This document shows, piece by piece, positions 35,067-45,610 of a DNA stretch of 64,000 bases (the stretch's first letter is position 1; the number at the start of each line of letters is the position of its first letter). A program made the translations under genes and the position numbers. Origin of the DNA: an uncultured virus (IMG/VR IMGVR_UViG_3300050138_000133). Its lineage: Duplodnaviria > Heunggongvirae > Uroviricota > Caudoviricetes. The notes under the pieces are model-generated. The model was not told the DNA's origin. It saw nothing but the letters and a program-made list of their open reading frames with translations, and made no database searches. The stretch is taken from IMG/VR virus record IMGVR_UViG_3300050138_000133; one strand, written 5' to 3'.

Positions 35067-35462
35067 TTAGATCGTAACGCCGAGTGCCGCAGCGATCGCA
35101 GTCATGCGCGGTTGGCCAAGCACCGTAACCAGCGCAGCCCAACCCGCAAGAAAGCGCGCGTTGGTCACGATCATCGGGTCTTTCTGCGCCGTCATCGCCT
35201 GCCACAGCAGCCAAAACTGAACATTGCCAGCGACTGCGGCTTGGATTGCCGTGGCATCGGCGGTTGTGAATTGTGCCATCAGGTCTTGCGACAAGATTTG
35301 TGCAGGCGGCGCGGGAGGTGCGACATACGGATCGGGGACACCACCAACGGCAAGCCAAACATTATAGGCCGCGCGGTCGCGGTTGGCAGGATCGTTAGGG
35401 ATGCACGCGCCATCAATGGTACGGATGATGGTTTCGGTTGCTGTGAGTTGATAATTAGACAT
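35067..35462 (-). CDS. Tail fibre assembly-like protein
   Basis: IIRTIDGACIPNDPANRD...WLAVGGVPDPY. Confidence 0.8.
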   Translation of the reverse strand: MSNYQLTATETIIRTIDGACIPNDPANRDRAAYNVWLAVGGVPDPYVAPPAPPAQILSQDLMAQFTTADATAIQAAVAGNVQFWLLWQAMTAQKDPMIVTNARFLAGWAALVTVLGQPRMTAIAAALGVTI

Positions 35463-37600
35463 TAGAGTCTCGCGTCAAAGAACATACGGGCAGCGGTAGT
35501 AGCATCGGCCCGGACATATCCTGCCGCGCCTCCGGCCATAGTGACCCCGAATGTCAAACTGAAAATTTCGGCACCCGCCGTATCTGTGACCAAAGTCGAG
35601 CATGAGCTGTTCGAACCGTTGCTCAACCATATGAAATGACTCGCGGACGACATTGTAAACGTAGGTATCGCGCGCATTGTTACAGGAAGACGCAACGGTA
35701 TATTGAGAGAATTAAGAACATAACTTGTGCCAACTCCTACAGGTTCATTTGCGTTGGCAAGATAATTCCATGCGTAATAATATCGACGGCACAACAGAAG
35801 ATCTTGCTCGAACGAACGCTTAATCAAGGGCGAGCGAGCCGCCGATGGAGCTTCGGTACCGGGGAGCAAACATACGCCAGTGACCTGGAAAACGTCAGAA
35901 GTGGCCGCGACGCCGTTGGTGGTGGCTGTAACACCCGAATAAGCAGCGGAGGCCCACACATTGGCTGTGCCTACGCCAGTTGATCCGTCCGCTATCGCTA
36001 AAGTAAAGATAATACCGACGCCATTGGCGTTTCCGATCCACGTCCCTGCGGTGTCACCGTTGATCGTGACAGTCTTGTATTCCCAAGTGTCAGTTACATT
36101 CTGCGTGAAACTGAACGGATATGATCTATTGACGGCCGCGTTTCTAATTGCACCGGAATACGACCCCGTGCGATGTATTTTAGTCCAAAAACTGACCGTG
36201 ACCGATTGAGCGCCCGCCGCGCCGAAGCCAAGCCGCGACGAACGATAGCCTTCTACAAACTGACTGATGAGGCAATAATCCCCAGCACCTAGCGAAGCCT
36301 CTGCTGTGCCGATAGACACCTTCAACGAACTTGAAAAACCCGGAGGGGCGTCCGTAATTTGCTGGGCCGCGCATACCATCGTGCCGGATTTTTGAACAAA
36401 CCAGCCGTCAAGGGCATAGGCGGATCCCACCGTTGAAGACGCCCCACCGTGTTCCTGATCGATTTCCATCCCACCATTGATGATGAGATTGTTGTAGGCG
36501 AGAGCATCGAACGGAGCGATTTCAATGTTCTGTCTAGCCAGAACTTGTTGGGCAGATGTTAGTGTCTGTGCAAGATACGAAACGCCGCTAAGGTTTGTTA
36601 ACGCAGTTGATTCGTTAGCTACATCAGACAGATTGTTTGTCGAAAGCAAATCACCCGTGCCGGGTGCACCGGATACAGCCAAATTCCAATCTGTATGAGT
36701 TCCTGAACCTCCGATTTTGGTCACATTGATAATAAGTGAACCGCCGCTATAGGCCGTAATAGGCCCTTCCATAAAGTTTACACCGCCAGCGGCAGAGCTA
36801 GCCCGAACGTAATTGCCGACCTGATAGGCAAGAGACGTTGAAACACCGGTAAACGTTTTTGATCCGGTTGCGATTGCAAACGATGTTGTGCTTGATCCAC
36901 CATAACCGGGCGTGAAATTACCAGCTATTGCGAAATACCAATCGGTGAACGTGCCGGAACCGCCGATAAGATCGGCGACAATCGTCAACGTCGTGCCGCT
37001 ATATGTAGCGAGTCCTTCCAAATAATTGGCGTGGTTTGCCTGCGAAGTCGCGCGAACACGAGCGCCGTTATACGCAAGACCCGCTTGCGTTGTGAACGCG
37101 TTTGATCCAATGGCAATCAATGTTGACGTGGCGCTTGTGCCACCATAGCCACTTACCGGCGACGAAGCCGCAACCCACACGCCACCGGTCTTCAACCAAT
37201 AATTTCCCGTAGACGGTTGATAGGCGTACTGCCCGTCATTTCCATATGACGGGTCGGGAACTGTTGCACCCACCGGAACGAAGAAAAAGAATCCAGACGT
37301 GTTCAGCGCACCGACAAGATTCGAAACGTCAACCATTGCCTGCCCGCCAAGGAACCGTAATGGTGAATTCTGGTAGACCTTGTACGCTGCACCAGCCGTT
37401 ACGGCTGTATAGGGCCACGCATCTATAACCAAATGCGTTGTATCGGTTACGTCAACCACGTTAACGATATGTCCAGCAACGACAATATCATCGCCGGGTC
37501 GCACGTTGACACCGGACCAACTCGTACCGGTGCCAACGATAACAATAGCACTCGTACCAATGGCTACGGTACCGGTCGAGTAGCTAGGAAATGCGGTCAT
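35462..37600 (-). CDS. Tail fibre / receptor-binding protein
   Basis: YSTGTV N-terminus, NNLSDV repeat, NLIINGGM...CRRYY C-terminal fibre domain. Confidence 0.88.
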   Translation of the reverse strand: MTAFPSYSTGTVAIGTSAIVIVGTGTSWSGVNVRPGDDIVVAGHIVNVVDVTDTTHLVIDAWPYTAVTAGAAYKVYQNSPLRFLGGQAMVDVSNLVGALNTSGFFFFVPVGATVPDPSYGNDGQYAYQPSTGNYWLKTGGVWVAASSPVSGYGGTSATSTLIAIGSNAFTTQAGLAYNGARVRATSQANHANYLEGLATYSGTTLTIVADLIGGSGTFTDWYFAIAGNFTPGYGGSSTTSFAIATGSKTFTGVSTSLAYQVGNYVRASSAAGGVNFMEGPITAYSGGSLIINVTKIGGSGTHTDWNLAVSGAPGTGDLLSTNNLSDVANESTALTNLSGVSYLAQTLTSAQQVLARQNIEIAPFDALAYNNLIINGGMEIDQEHGGASSTVGSAYALDGWFVQKSGTMVCAAQQITDAPPGFSSSLKVSIGTAEASLGAGDYCLISQFVEGYRSSRLGFGAAGAQSVTVSFWTKIHRTGSYSGAIRNAAVNRSYPFSFTQNVTDTWEYKTVTINGDTAGTWIGNANGVGIIFTLAIADGSTGVGTANVWASAAYSGVTATTNGVAATSDVFQVTGVCLLPGTEAPSAARSPLIKRSFEQDLLLCRRYYYAWNYLANANEPVGVGTSYVLNSLNIPLRLPVTMRAIPTFTMSSASHFIWLSNGSNSSCSTLVTDTAGAEIFSLTFGVTMAGGAAGYVRADATTAARMFFDARL

Positions 37601-38046
37601 ATTCTCTTTCGTAATTCTGAAATTGCGTCAACGCCATTTGGCCTAACAGGCCAAGCGGCTACCATTGCAGATGGTGTTGGTGGCGTGCCGCCAGCAGGAT
37701 ATTTCGAAAGGTTACGCAGTGCCTTTCGATACGTTACCCACGCGGCACGGAGTAACGGTGTAATATCATCCCGGTCGGGCAGCATATAGCTGTCAGTGTT
37801 ACTTAAATCTGACCATATTGCTTGTTTTACATCAAACTCGTTTGGTAACTTAGCCGCCGCCTGATCTGTCAGCGACATAACAACTAATGTTTTTGATTTC
37901 AGATCGACCGTATGGGTATCGAATCCATACTCCGACAACTCGCCATCAATGGTCAAAACATCAGTGCCTACGCTCTTTGGTGGCGGCACGTTTGAATTAT
38001 CAAATTGAACAATTCGGCCCGTCGTTATGTCGTATAGAATATTCAT
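37597..38046 (-). CDS. Tail assembly chaperone-like protein
   Basis: L..TD...LPD...W..YRKALRNL...WPVRP. Confidence 0.8.
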   Translation of the reverse strand: MNILYDITTGRIVQFDNSNVPPPKSVGTDVLTIDGELSEYGFDTHTVDLKSKTLVVMSLTDQAAAKLPNEFDVKQAIWSDLSNTDSYMLPDRDDITPLLRAAWVTYRKALRNLSKYPAGGTPPTPSAMVAAWPVRPNGVDAISELRKRI

Positions 38047-41009
38047 CGCTTCATCACCGTTGCGGTCAGAATTCCCGCACTTAATGTTGCGCCGGTATCC
38101 CCCAGCCAACGAGCATTCACCGTGAAGGTATCGGTGCCGCCGCTTGCTGTGAACGAGTAAAACGAAGTGGTAGAAAAATTCAATTGGGTCGATGACAATC
38201 CGCTGAATCCCACCCCTACAGTAGACCCGTTGACGCCGATTGCCGCCCCCCATGGGCTGCCGCCGGAAGCTGATAGGGTGCCTGTAAACGCGATAATAAC
38301 TGATACTGTTTTGCCCGCTAGTCCCGCGGTGTTTACAGATGCGCTGATATTTATGACGGATTGATAAGCCGTATTCCCGCCTACGGCACCACATGTCCCG
38401 ACATATGGAATTGTTACCGCATTATCGCCAATACTTAGGCTGCTGACTGACAGCGCACCAATTACGCCGGATGCTGATGTAATCTCCCCGGTAGCTATTT
38501 TATTTGCGGTGATCGTATTAGCCGCGATCTGTGTTGCGGTGATGGTGCCGGAAAGGATGTTTTGCGCGATGATAGACCCATCAACGATCATATCGCCGCG
38601 GATGCCAACCTTTGGCGAACCGCCAACGTTAGCAACCGTGAAGATCGGTACCGGGGCGCCACCTGAAACCCCCGGTGAAGCGATTTGGAATTTATCAACC
38701 GTGAATGTCGCAGCGGAAATCCCACTGCCCCCATTCAGAAGATTGAATCCGACCGCGTATCCGTTAACGTCGAGGGTTACCGAATACTGAGCGGCAGCAT
38801 AACCGTTCAATAGCGCCACTGCGGTGGAGTTGGTTGTCACGGACGAAGTGATGGTTCCGAATGATGCAGCAACTGTTACTTCATAGGAAGCAAACGCGGC
38901 GTCGGAACTACTTTGGGCAGTTGCAACGGTCGTGACCGACGCGTTTGTTGACGCGAGTTGAGTCCTAACCGTCTGTTTATCTGTCCAATTTCTAGCGTCT
39001 TGATTGGAAACTATAGACGCAATCAGATTTTGCGCGTCCTGAATCGCCTGTGCGTCGACTTGCTCAATATTATTTAGCATCGACACAACGGCGGCGTCGA
39101 AATCTACAAGAGTTAGAAACGTGTTTGAAGTCGTGACCGCGATCCAACTAGACCAAAGCGTATCCCGCGGAGAACTCGGAATGAATTGACCGCGCACTTC
39201 GTAAATCGTAATCGGAAGAATCGAGTCCGAAGCAATCACGCACGAAGCAATCGCATATTGATCGCTTCTGCCGCGTAATATTACGTCACCAGTTGCTTGC
39301 AATCTTACTTCAAATTGGACACCGGATATTCCCGGCTGCGTACCATCCCAACCCAACAAGATAGCCGGACGACGCGGGAAACCATTAGAGTCATTGATGA
39401 TATAAGCCGTTACCGTCCATCCGCCAATTGCCTGCGGCGTAGGCCGAACAAAGATCGTTGGCCCGATAGTGACCGGCGTAAAATCTAGAGAATGAGTCCA
39501 GCTATAATCTGACGGGTCAACTTCCGTGATACTGATGGTAACATCAAGATTTCCCTTGTCGATAATACCATCAACGCGGAATTGTTTTGACGAATAGCCG
39601 TTGCGAACCGAAGTCCACGAACCAATATCACCGGGTTCGACAATCCAATACTCAGACGGCAACACGATCGTATGTTGACGGGCGCGCTGTGCCTCTTGCA
39701 CCGACGACATCATAAGACGCTGTACCTGTGCGTCATAAGGTACAAAATCGAACGCCGGATTAGCCAACAAACGGCGGTTGCCGTCTAGAATCTCTAAATC
39801 GGTTCGATAATATGGCGGGGCCACCGTAGACGCCCAACCTTGAGCGGGAGACGGATACGATGCCGCGATACCATTGACGCTATTTGCCAGCGAGAAGAAC
39901 GGCGTAAAACTCTGTTCTTCGGTCGATAGAATGTTGTCGTCCGTGAACGAAAATGTAGCGCCATCCGGCGTTCCAAGATGAATCTTATAGAAGCCGCCAA
40001 CTTCTGACAGTCTGCCCGCACACGCCGTTAAGATAGCTTCCACTGCAAGTGCTAGCTGCGAATTAATCGTAACCTGACCGCCAGAACGATAGGTAGCCTC
40101 AAGGCCGCTTACACCCGTGATGGTGGCGCGACACTTGGCGATCTGCGCAATCCAGTTAGCTACCGGCAGACGCGGCGCGGTAATGTTCTGCAGGCCGTAG
40201 AACCAAACGCCGTCGTATTGCATACCGCGCAACAGATTGTAGATTTGTACGGCTGGCATGGAATCGCCATCGCCGCCCCATGTCGAAGGTGTCCCGTAAA
40301 CGTGACTACCTGAACCTCCTACTGTGCTATCTTTCGACGGATCATAAAGCGGGATTCCGGAAACGGCAAATTTGAAAGTCGGGAAACCAGCAAATAGAGT
40401 ATCTTGAACCAACGAAGTGCAAATGACATAGGCAACGCCTATTCCGACGCGACTCGACGGATAGGGTCGATCTGAAGAGGAAACACTGGCAACAAGAAAC
40501 GAATCTGCTGTTGTTTGGGTGCCGTCATAATACTTAATCCAAAGATGATCGGCGCCATCATTATATTGGGTGACAGGAAACCCCATGCCGTAGGTTGCTT
40601 CCGCCGTGCTGCCAAGCGTACATAATTCGCCGTTGATCCATACTTCTAATAGCGTACCGCCGGGCAAATCCGCTATTGCGATAACCTGCGTGAAGTAAGC
40701 GTTAGGAGTATTAGTGCCCCCGCTGCTCGAAGCTCCCCATGAGTTGGCGTAAGAAAGTGAACCGGCTGTGGAGCTATAGCCCAGGTTAAACGAACGCGGA
40801 ATGTCGCCACCGGTCTGCAACGTACCTTGTGCCGAGAAGTGACTGGTTGTATCGGCCGCGGCTGCCGTTCCCGACAGAGCCTTAACGGCATAATTCAGAC
40901 CGATAGATGCTGCGATACCTAGACCGGCTGCAACCACGCCAACGGCAATAGCACTACCCTCTAAGAACGTTCCAGCAAGAAGAAATGTCGCGATTTCAAA
41001 AATCGGCAT
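38043..41009 (-). CDS. Tail tip/hub protein (J-like) with DUF1983-like region
   Basis: G..LYDP.KDSTVGGSG.H; vEPGD; Y.VTLDVNGY..GF...FTVDKF. Confidence 0.88.
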   Translation of the reverse strand: MPIFEIATFLLAGTFLEGSAIAVGVVAAGLGIAASIGLNYAVKALSGTAAAADTTSHFSAQGTLQTGGDIPRSFNLGYSSTAGSLSYANSWGASSSGGTNTPNAYFTQVIAIADLPGGTLLEVWINGELCTLGSTAEATYGMGFPVTQYNDGADHLWIKYYDGTQTTADSFLVASVSSSDRPYPSSRVGIGVAYVICTSLVQDTLFAGFPTFKFAVSGIPLYDPSKDSTVGGSGSHVYGTPSTWGGDGDSMPAVQIYNLLRGMQYDGVWFYGLQNITAPRLPVANWIAQIAKCRATITGVSGLEATYRSGGQVTINSQLALAVEAILTACAGRLSEVGGFYKIHLGTPDGATFSFTDDNILSTEEQSFTPFFSLANSVNGIAASYPSPAQGWASTVAPPYYRTDLEILDGNRRLLANPAFDFVPYDAQVQRLMMSSVQEAQRARQHTIVLPSEYWIVEPGDIGSWTSVRNGYSSKQFRVDGIIDKGNLDVTISITEVDPSDYSWTHSLDFTPVTIGPTIFVRPTPQAIGGWTVTAYIINDSNGFPRRPAILLGWDGTQPGISGVQFEVRLQATGDVILRGRSDQYAIASCVIASDSILPITIYEVRGQFIPSSPRDTLWSSWIAVTTSNTFLTLVDFDAAVVSMLNNIEQVDAQAIQDAQNLIASIVSNQDARNWTDKQTVRTQLASTNASVTTVATAQSSSDAAFASYEVTVAASFGTITSSVTTNSTAVALLNGYAAAQYSVTLDVNGYAVGFNLLNGGSGISAATFTVDKFQIASPGVSGGAPVPIFTVANVGGSPKVGIRGDMIVDGSIIAQNILSGTITATQIAANTITANKIATGEITSASGVIGALSVSSLSIGDNAVTIPYVGTCGAVGGNTAYQSVINISASVNTAGLAGKTVSVIIAFTGTLSASGGSPWGAAIGVNGSTVGVGFSGLSSTQLNFSTTSFYSFTASGGTDTFTVNARWLGDTGATLSAGILTATVMKR

Positions 41010-41013
41010 TTGA

Positions 41014-41427
41014 CTAAAGAACTTTCGACATAGTCATTTCAGCCGGTTGATACCCATACCGACCATATAGACGTTGAAAGGCTGGGAAACGTTCCGTGCA
41101 ACCAAGCGAAATGAGATCGCATGACTTAGACCGCGCCCACGTTTCGTATGCCTCTAATAGCAATTCGAATTGACCAGGCTTTTCCGCACACAGATAATAT
41201 TCTACGGCAAGTTTTCCTGCCCCAAGTGGACTAACAAAACATGTCGCGAGCAACAAACAACCTTCGCCAGTCAAACAAATCCAATTTTCCGGCGATAAAA
41301 TCGCACTGGAAAATGTTATTGATAATAGAGCCGGATTAAATGCCCACTCGAATTTTCTTTCCTTATGAAACTTTTTTAAAAGACCTACTAAGTTAGCAAC
41401 GTCCGATTGTGTCGCTTTTCTAATCAT
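41014..41427 (-). CDS. GNAT-like protein in the tail module
   Basis: MIRKATQSD...LL.AYETWAR...RLYGRYGY.PAE. Confidence 0.7.
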   Translation of the reverse strand: MIRKATQSDVANLVGLLKKFHKERKFEWAFNPALLSITFSSAILSPENWICLTGEGCLLLATCFVSPLGAGKLAVEYYLCAEKPGQFELLLEAYETWARSKSCDLISLGCTERFPAFQRLYGRYGYQPAEMTMSKVL

Positions 41428-42101
41428 AGATATTGCTGGAAAAAATTACGATGCTGGAACGTTGGCGCTGGTGTAATCGCTCCGGTTGATTTTCCCCAAA
41501 AAAATTGCCACGAGCCAACCACCGTCACATCATTAAAAAAATCATCCGTTGAACTTCTAACGCGCTGCGAAGCATCGGATCTTGTATCAGAATTCGAACG
41601 AGTCATTTCTTGCGTGTGAGACGCACACGTAAAAATAACAGAACCATTCGCACCTTCTGTCGGAGTAACAATTTCGATATTATCAACATATCCGACAAAA
41701 CGCGGAGTCGCAGGGTCAACCATGACTCGCGTGACGGGATCAAATAATCCGCGATAAACTTCTACCCGTGCTTGCTTACAGTCGTATGTCCGCACCAACG
41801 AATTGACATGGTCGCTCACCTGAGACAATGTCATGGTAACGTTTTGAATCGTAATATTGGAAACTAGAGGTACATCTGAGATTTGAATCAGTGTTCCCGT
41901 ACCGGTCCAAGATCTTGAGACAGGCGAACCGCTATCCGGGTCAATAATGCTGGCTGTAATCGGTCCAACATCGGACCACATACCATCGGGTACGTCCGCA
42001 TTAGTGCTACGGTCGCGAGCAACAATCCAAAGGAAATCGCGGGCAACGAGATTGCGTGCTTGAAGAGCGGCAAGGTTTGGGGATGATAATGTGCGTGTCA
42101 A
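41424..42101 (-). CDS. Minor tail protein
   Basis: ARDFLWIVARDR...RFVGYVD...RSDASQ..R...D.F. Confidence 0.8.
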   Translation of the reverse strand: MTRTLSSPNLAALQARNLVARDFLWIVARDRSTNADVPDGMWSDVGPITASIIDPDSGSPVSRSWTGTGTLIQISDVPLVSNITIQNVTMTLSQVSDHVNSLVRTYDCKQARVEVYRGLFDPVTRVMVDPATPRFVGYVDNIEIVTPTEGANGSVIFTCASHTQEMTRSNSDTRSDASQRVRSSTDDFFNDVTVVGSWQFFWGKSTGAITPAPTFQHRNFFQQYL

Positions 42102-42730
42102 GCGAGATACTGCATTGCTTTGAACGATACGGCCGAGCTGACCATGCTTTTTAACGTCGTTGAAATTGAATTTGGTTGCAGAATGAATTGACCGTTCGGC
42201 AACTTGAACGTCACAGCGTTTGAAATAGTATAACCCGGCCTTATGAATGGCCGCACTTCGAACACCGGACTAAGACCGGCACCGCTGGCCGTTACCGTTT
42301 CCACCGCCTGGTGAAGCGCACGCGAAGTCGAATAAGTGAAGTGGAAATAATCGCCAGCGGAAATGACAAAATTTGCTGGTAAGCCGCTTATCGAAAGCGA
42401 TTTATTATTTGAACCAACGGTAGCCAACACGCCGCTATCGGTGAAAGAACCGGTAGGATAGTTGCGCGGATACCGATTCCGCAAATCGCCAGCTTCAAAT
42501 GCATTTGTTAGGCCGTCCAATGAATTCAATGCCGCTTCAAAAGCTATGGCATCTGCATTGAGCAGCTCAATGGTCGTGTAAGAAGCCGTCCAAAGTGCGG
42601 AGCCGAGATCCTTCCCCCTCAGCACACCATTTGCCTGTCCGCTAATTTCCTGCCTAGACATAAGCATGAAAGTTTGATCGGTATATCCTACAGACGTAAT
42701 AATGTCAGTGCGGGGAAAAGTGATTGCCAT
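42098..42730 (-). CDS. Distal tail protein
   Basis: Follows tape measure; DLG..LWTA...LDG...FEVRP.IRPG. Confidence 0.8.
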   Translation of the reverse strand: MAITFPRTDIITSVGYTDQTFMLMSRQEISGQANGVLRGKDLGSALWTASYTTIELLNADAIAFEAALNSLDGLTNAFEAGDLRNRYPRNYPTGSFTDSGVLATVGSNNKSLSISGLPANFVISAGDYFHFTYSTSRALHQAVETVTASGAGLSPVFEVRPFIRPGYTISNAVTFKLPNGQFILQPNSISTTLKSMVSSAVSFKAMQYLA

Positions 42731-45282
42731 TATAGGACTCGATTAGTCTTTGCTTTTTTAACAGTTGCGACAACCCTCGCCGCGAAGTTCGCTTGATCCT
42801 GTACCATTTGCTGGCGCAGCGCGTTGATATCCTCGCTGTTGCCTTTCACATTGTAGACAGGCGCGAACGAGACATTTACGGCGCCACCACCACCCATCGC
42901 GGCCATCTGGCCCTGCGTGAAAACCCCTTCGCCCTTCTTGGCAATGATGGGAACTTCATCGCCAGCTATTCCTCCGGAATGGAAGCGCGGAGCGTCATCG
43001 AAATAGGAGGGATGGATGTAGCGATTAAAACTAGCCTCGCCGGAGCCGACGATACCGCCAGAGTGGAAACCGGGACCAAAGAACGCGCCGCCAGTATTAT
43101 TTGTAAGCGTGCTTGCAGACGCAGCTTGCGCGGCAGCTCCCGATCCGCCGATGCCACCAGTTAGAAATGATAGTATTCCGCCGCCACCGATAGAATTTTG
43201 TAGTGCCTGCATCAATGGCTGAACGATTAGGATCTTGACAATCATCTGTTCGATCGCCGTGACGATCGCTTTGCCCATATCGGAGAACGCCTGCCCCGCG
43301 CTCTTCGCGCCAGACACGATATCCGTCAATCCCTGCGTCAGGTTAGTTTCGATCGCCGTTGAGAGTGTCTTGAAGGCGGTGTTAACTCGGATACCAGCGG
43401 CATAAGTGCTGTTAAGCGCCGCCGGAATATCGTTGCCGTAGATCCCCTTGAGTTGCGTCGCAATCGCAACATCGTCCGCTGATAGAAATGAAGTTTTCCG
43501 GCCAAAATCAATAGCGCTGACTTCCTTCGCTTTTGCCAGAGCGTCGGCTGCGGCGCCGGCTTGTACGGCGAGATCACTCATTCCGGCTTTCAATTTAGCC
43601 GCCTCAGGAGTGAGGCCATCCTTGATTCCGGCTGCGGTCAATTGCGCAATAACCTTGAACTTTTCCTGTTCTCCAGCCGCGTCACTAACGGCGAGCGATG
43701 CGGCCTTCGTGGTTTCGATATATTTCTGAACCACTGCGGTTGCAGTATCATATGCACTTGTACTTGCCGGATCAGGTTTGTTGGGATCGGACGTCGTCGG
43801 CTTCGACGTATCGAAATTCCGGTTCAATCCGGCGGCAAGCCTTTGCCGGGCGTCAGCCATCTGCGCTTGTCCCTGTGCCGACGCGCGCTGATTATCCATT
43901 GCCTGCGATGCAATATCTGTCGGATTGCTCGAAATTCCGTAATAAGCTTCTGAAGCGGCCCGACTTTGGGGAGTCGTCGTTAGATTTGTGATCCCATTTC
44001 CGATGCCATTCATCAGACCATTGAACCCTTTGCCAAATTCCAAAGAGTCTATCTTGATTATATATTCTAGTGCTTTGACTAATCCATCAACCGCAAACGA
44101 AATTTGTTCAACGATGCCAACCCATACTTCACGCATCTTGACGCCAAGATCAGTCAGGATTGTTTGAATCGGGTGCCATCGCTCCGACAGAATTTTCTCA
44201 GCAGCGTCGAGCCTGTTCTGAAGTTCAACCGCGTTCGCAGTGTCTGCAGGAGATATCAGCGTCGTTGCCGAAATCGCGAGTGCGGAAGCGAGCATCTTGT
44301 CCATATAACCGTTATCAAGCGCGGCCTTATTTGCTATCTCATCGCCTGCCACCGCCCTCAGTGCGTCTAGGGCTGCAAGGCGTTCGCCTTTCGCTACCGC
44401 CTGATCGTACAGACTTACTATAGCTACCAATTTTTCCTGGGTGCTGTTTGCGGTCTGCAATTGCATGACGCCGGTATTACCTTGAAAATTTCCAGCGGTT
44501 TGCAACGGATCTGTTGCCAATTGAGCGGCGCTTCCGCCCAATTTTCCTAACGTCGATTCATTTATTTTCGCCAGCGATGCCAAAAGGGAGTCAACCGGCA
44601 ATTTTGCATCGGTCGCGGCCTTCGAAATCCGCTGGAAAAAATCGGTCGTCAGGCCAGACGCGGCGGCCTTTTCAGATAGCGCCACATATTCTGCCAACTT
44701 TTGGCCGCCGAGATCCCATGCCTCGCCAACCAGCTTTATCCCCTCGACGGCAAGTCCGAACCAGCCAAGCAACCTCAATGCCGGTGACAAGAATGAGAGG
44801 ATCGAGGTCGCCGCGCCTCCCACGCTCGGACTAAACGCTTCCATGGCAATGCCAGTCGATCTGATACCGGCCGTATACGCCATGAGACTCGGGCTTGCCT
44901 TTTCCGCCGCTCCTGCCAATGCAATCACGCCAGTCCCGGCATAGTTAGTAGCTGTCACGATCCCGGCAGCTATCGCCGCCAACGCGATATTAGCGCCATT
45001 TAGGGCCGGAACCGCCATTTCTTGGACAACGCCCCGGAACGCCGGGGAAAACGCATAGGCAGCCTCCGCTGCCTGCCTGAGATGATTGGCGGCATTGGCC
45101 GCGCTGAGGCCCGCAACCGTAAAACCGTCACTGCCTGAACTACCAGCCGCATTACTCTTGGCAAGGTTGTCATTCGCCGCGGCGATCGAGGCCGTCAAAC
45201 GATTGAGGGCGGCAGTCGCGTCATCGACGCCATCTGCCTTTCCCTTGATCGTGATATTGCGGATAACGTCAACGCTTGGCAT
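42730..45282 (-). CDS. Tape measure protein
   Basis: 850 aa Ala/Gly-rich; FHSGG...APRFHSGG...DEVPII...GEGV. Confidence 0.9.
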   Translation of the reverse strand: MPSVDVIRNITIKGKADGVDDATAALNRLTASIAAANDNLAKSNAAGSSGSDGFTVAGLSAANAANHLRQAAEAAYAFSPAFRGVVQEMAVPALNGANIALAAIAAGIVTATNYAGTGVIALAGAAEKASPSLMAYTAGIRSTGIAMEAFSPSVGGAATSILSFLSPALRLLGWFGLAVEGIKLVGEAWDLGGQKLAEYVALSEKAAASGLTTDFFQRISKAATDAKLPVDSLLASLAKINESTLGKLGGSAAQLATDPLQTAGNFQGNTGVMQLQTANSTQEKLVAIVSLYDQAVAKGERLAALDALRAVAGDEIANKAALDNGYMDKMLASALAISATTLISPADTANAVELQNRLDAAEKILSERWHPIQTILTDLGVKMREVWVGIVEQISFAVDGLVKALEYIIKIDSLEFGKGFNGLMNGIGNGITNLTTTPQSRAASEAYYGISSNPTDIASQAMDNQRASAQGQAQMADARQRLAAGLNRNFDTSKPTTSDPNKPDPASTSAYDTATAVVQKYIETTKAASLAVSDAAGEQEKFKVIAQLTAAGIKDGLTPEAAKLKAGMSDLAVQAGAAADALAKAKEVSAIDFGRKTSFLSADDVAIATQLKGIYGNDIPAALNSTYAAGIRVNTAFKTLSTAIETNLTQGLTDIVSGAKSAGQAFSDMGKAIVTAIEQMIVKILIVQPLMQALQNSIGGGGILSFLTGGIGGSGAAAQAASASTLTNNTGGAFFGPGFHSGGIVGSGEASFNRYIHPSYFDDAPRFHSGGIAGDEVPIIAKKGEGVFTQGQMAAMGGGGAVNVSFAPVYNVKGNSEDINALRQQMVQDQANFAARVVATVKKAKTNRVL

Positions 45283-45610
45283 CGGCGCTCTTTGTTTCGT
45301 GGTAATCGCGGTAGGCCGCGTCCATCGCCTGGATGAGATTGCAAAGACGGTCGAAATCGTCCCTGATCAAACCGTGCCGGGAGGCAAAACGGTCGATCGA
45401 TGACCAAGAGATCGGCCCAAGGGCCATGCCGATCTGGCGATCGGTCGAAAGTGAGCGAAACGCGCTCCACTCAAATTGTAGATGACCGAACAAATCTACC
45501 CTTGTAAGGACACAGGGCAGCAGCGCGGCTTCAGGACCGGCGGCCGCCACGATCATCTCGAAGCTTGCGCCCCAATCTAATTGCCAGATCAGGACGTCGG
45601 TTAGTTTTTT
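45269..45610 (-). CDS. Tail assembly chaperone, T segment (expressed by -1 frameshift)
   Basis: Open -1 frame KLTDVLIWQLDWG...WSAFRSLSTDRQIGM..GPISWSSI. Confidence 0.8.
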   Translation of the reverse strand, partial: KKLTDVLIWQLDWGASFEMIVAAAGPEAALLPCVLTRVDLFGHLQFEWSAFRSLSTDRQIGMALGPISWSSIDRFASRHGLIRDDFDRLCNLIQAMDAAYRDYHETKSADAKR

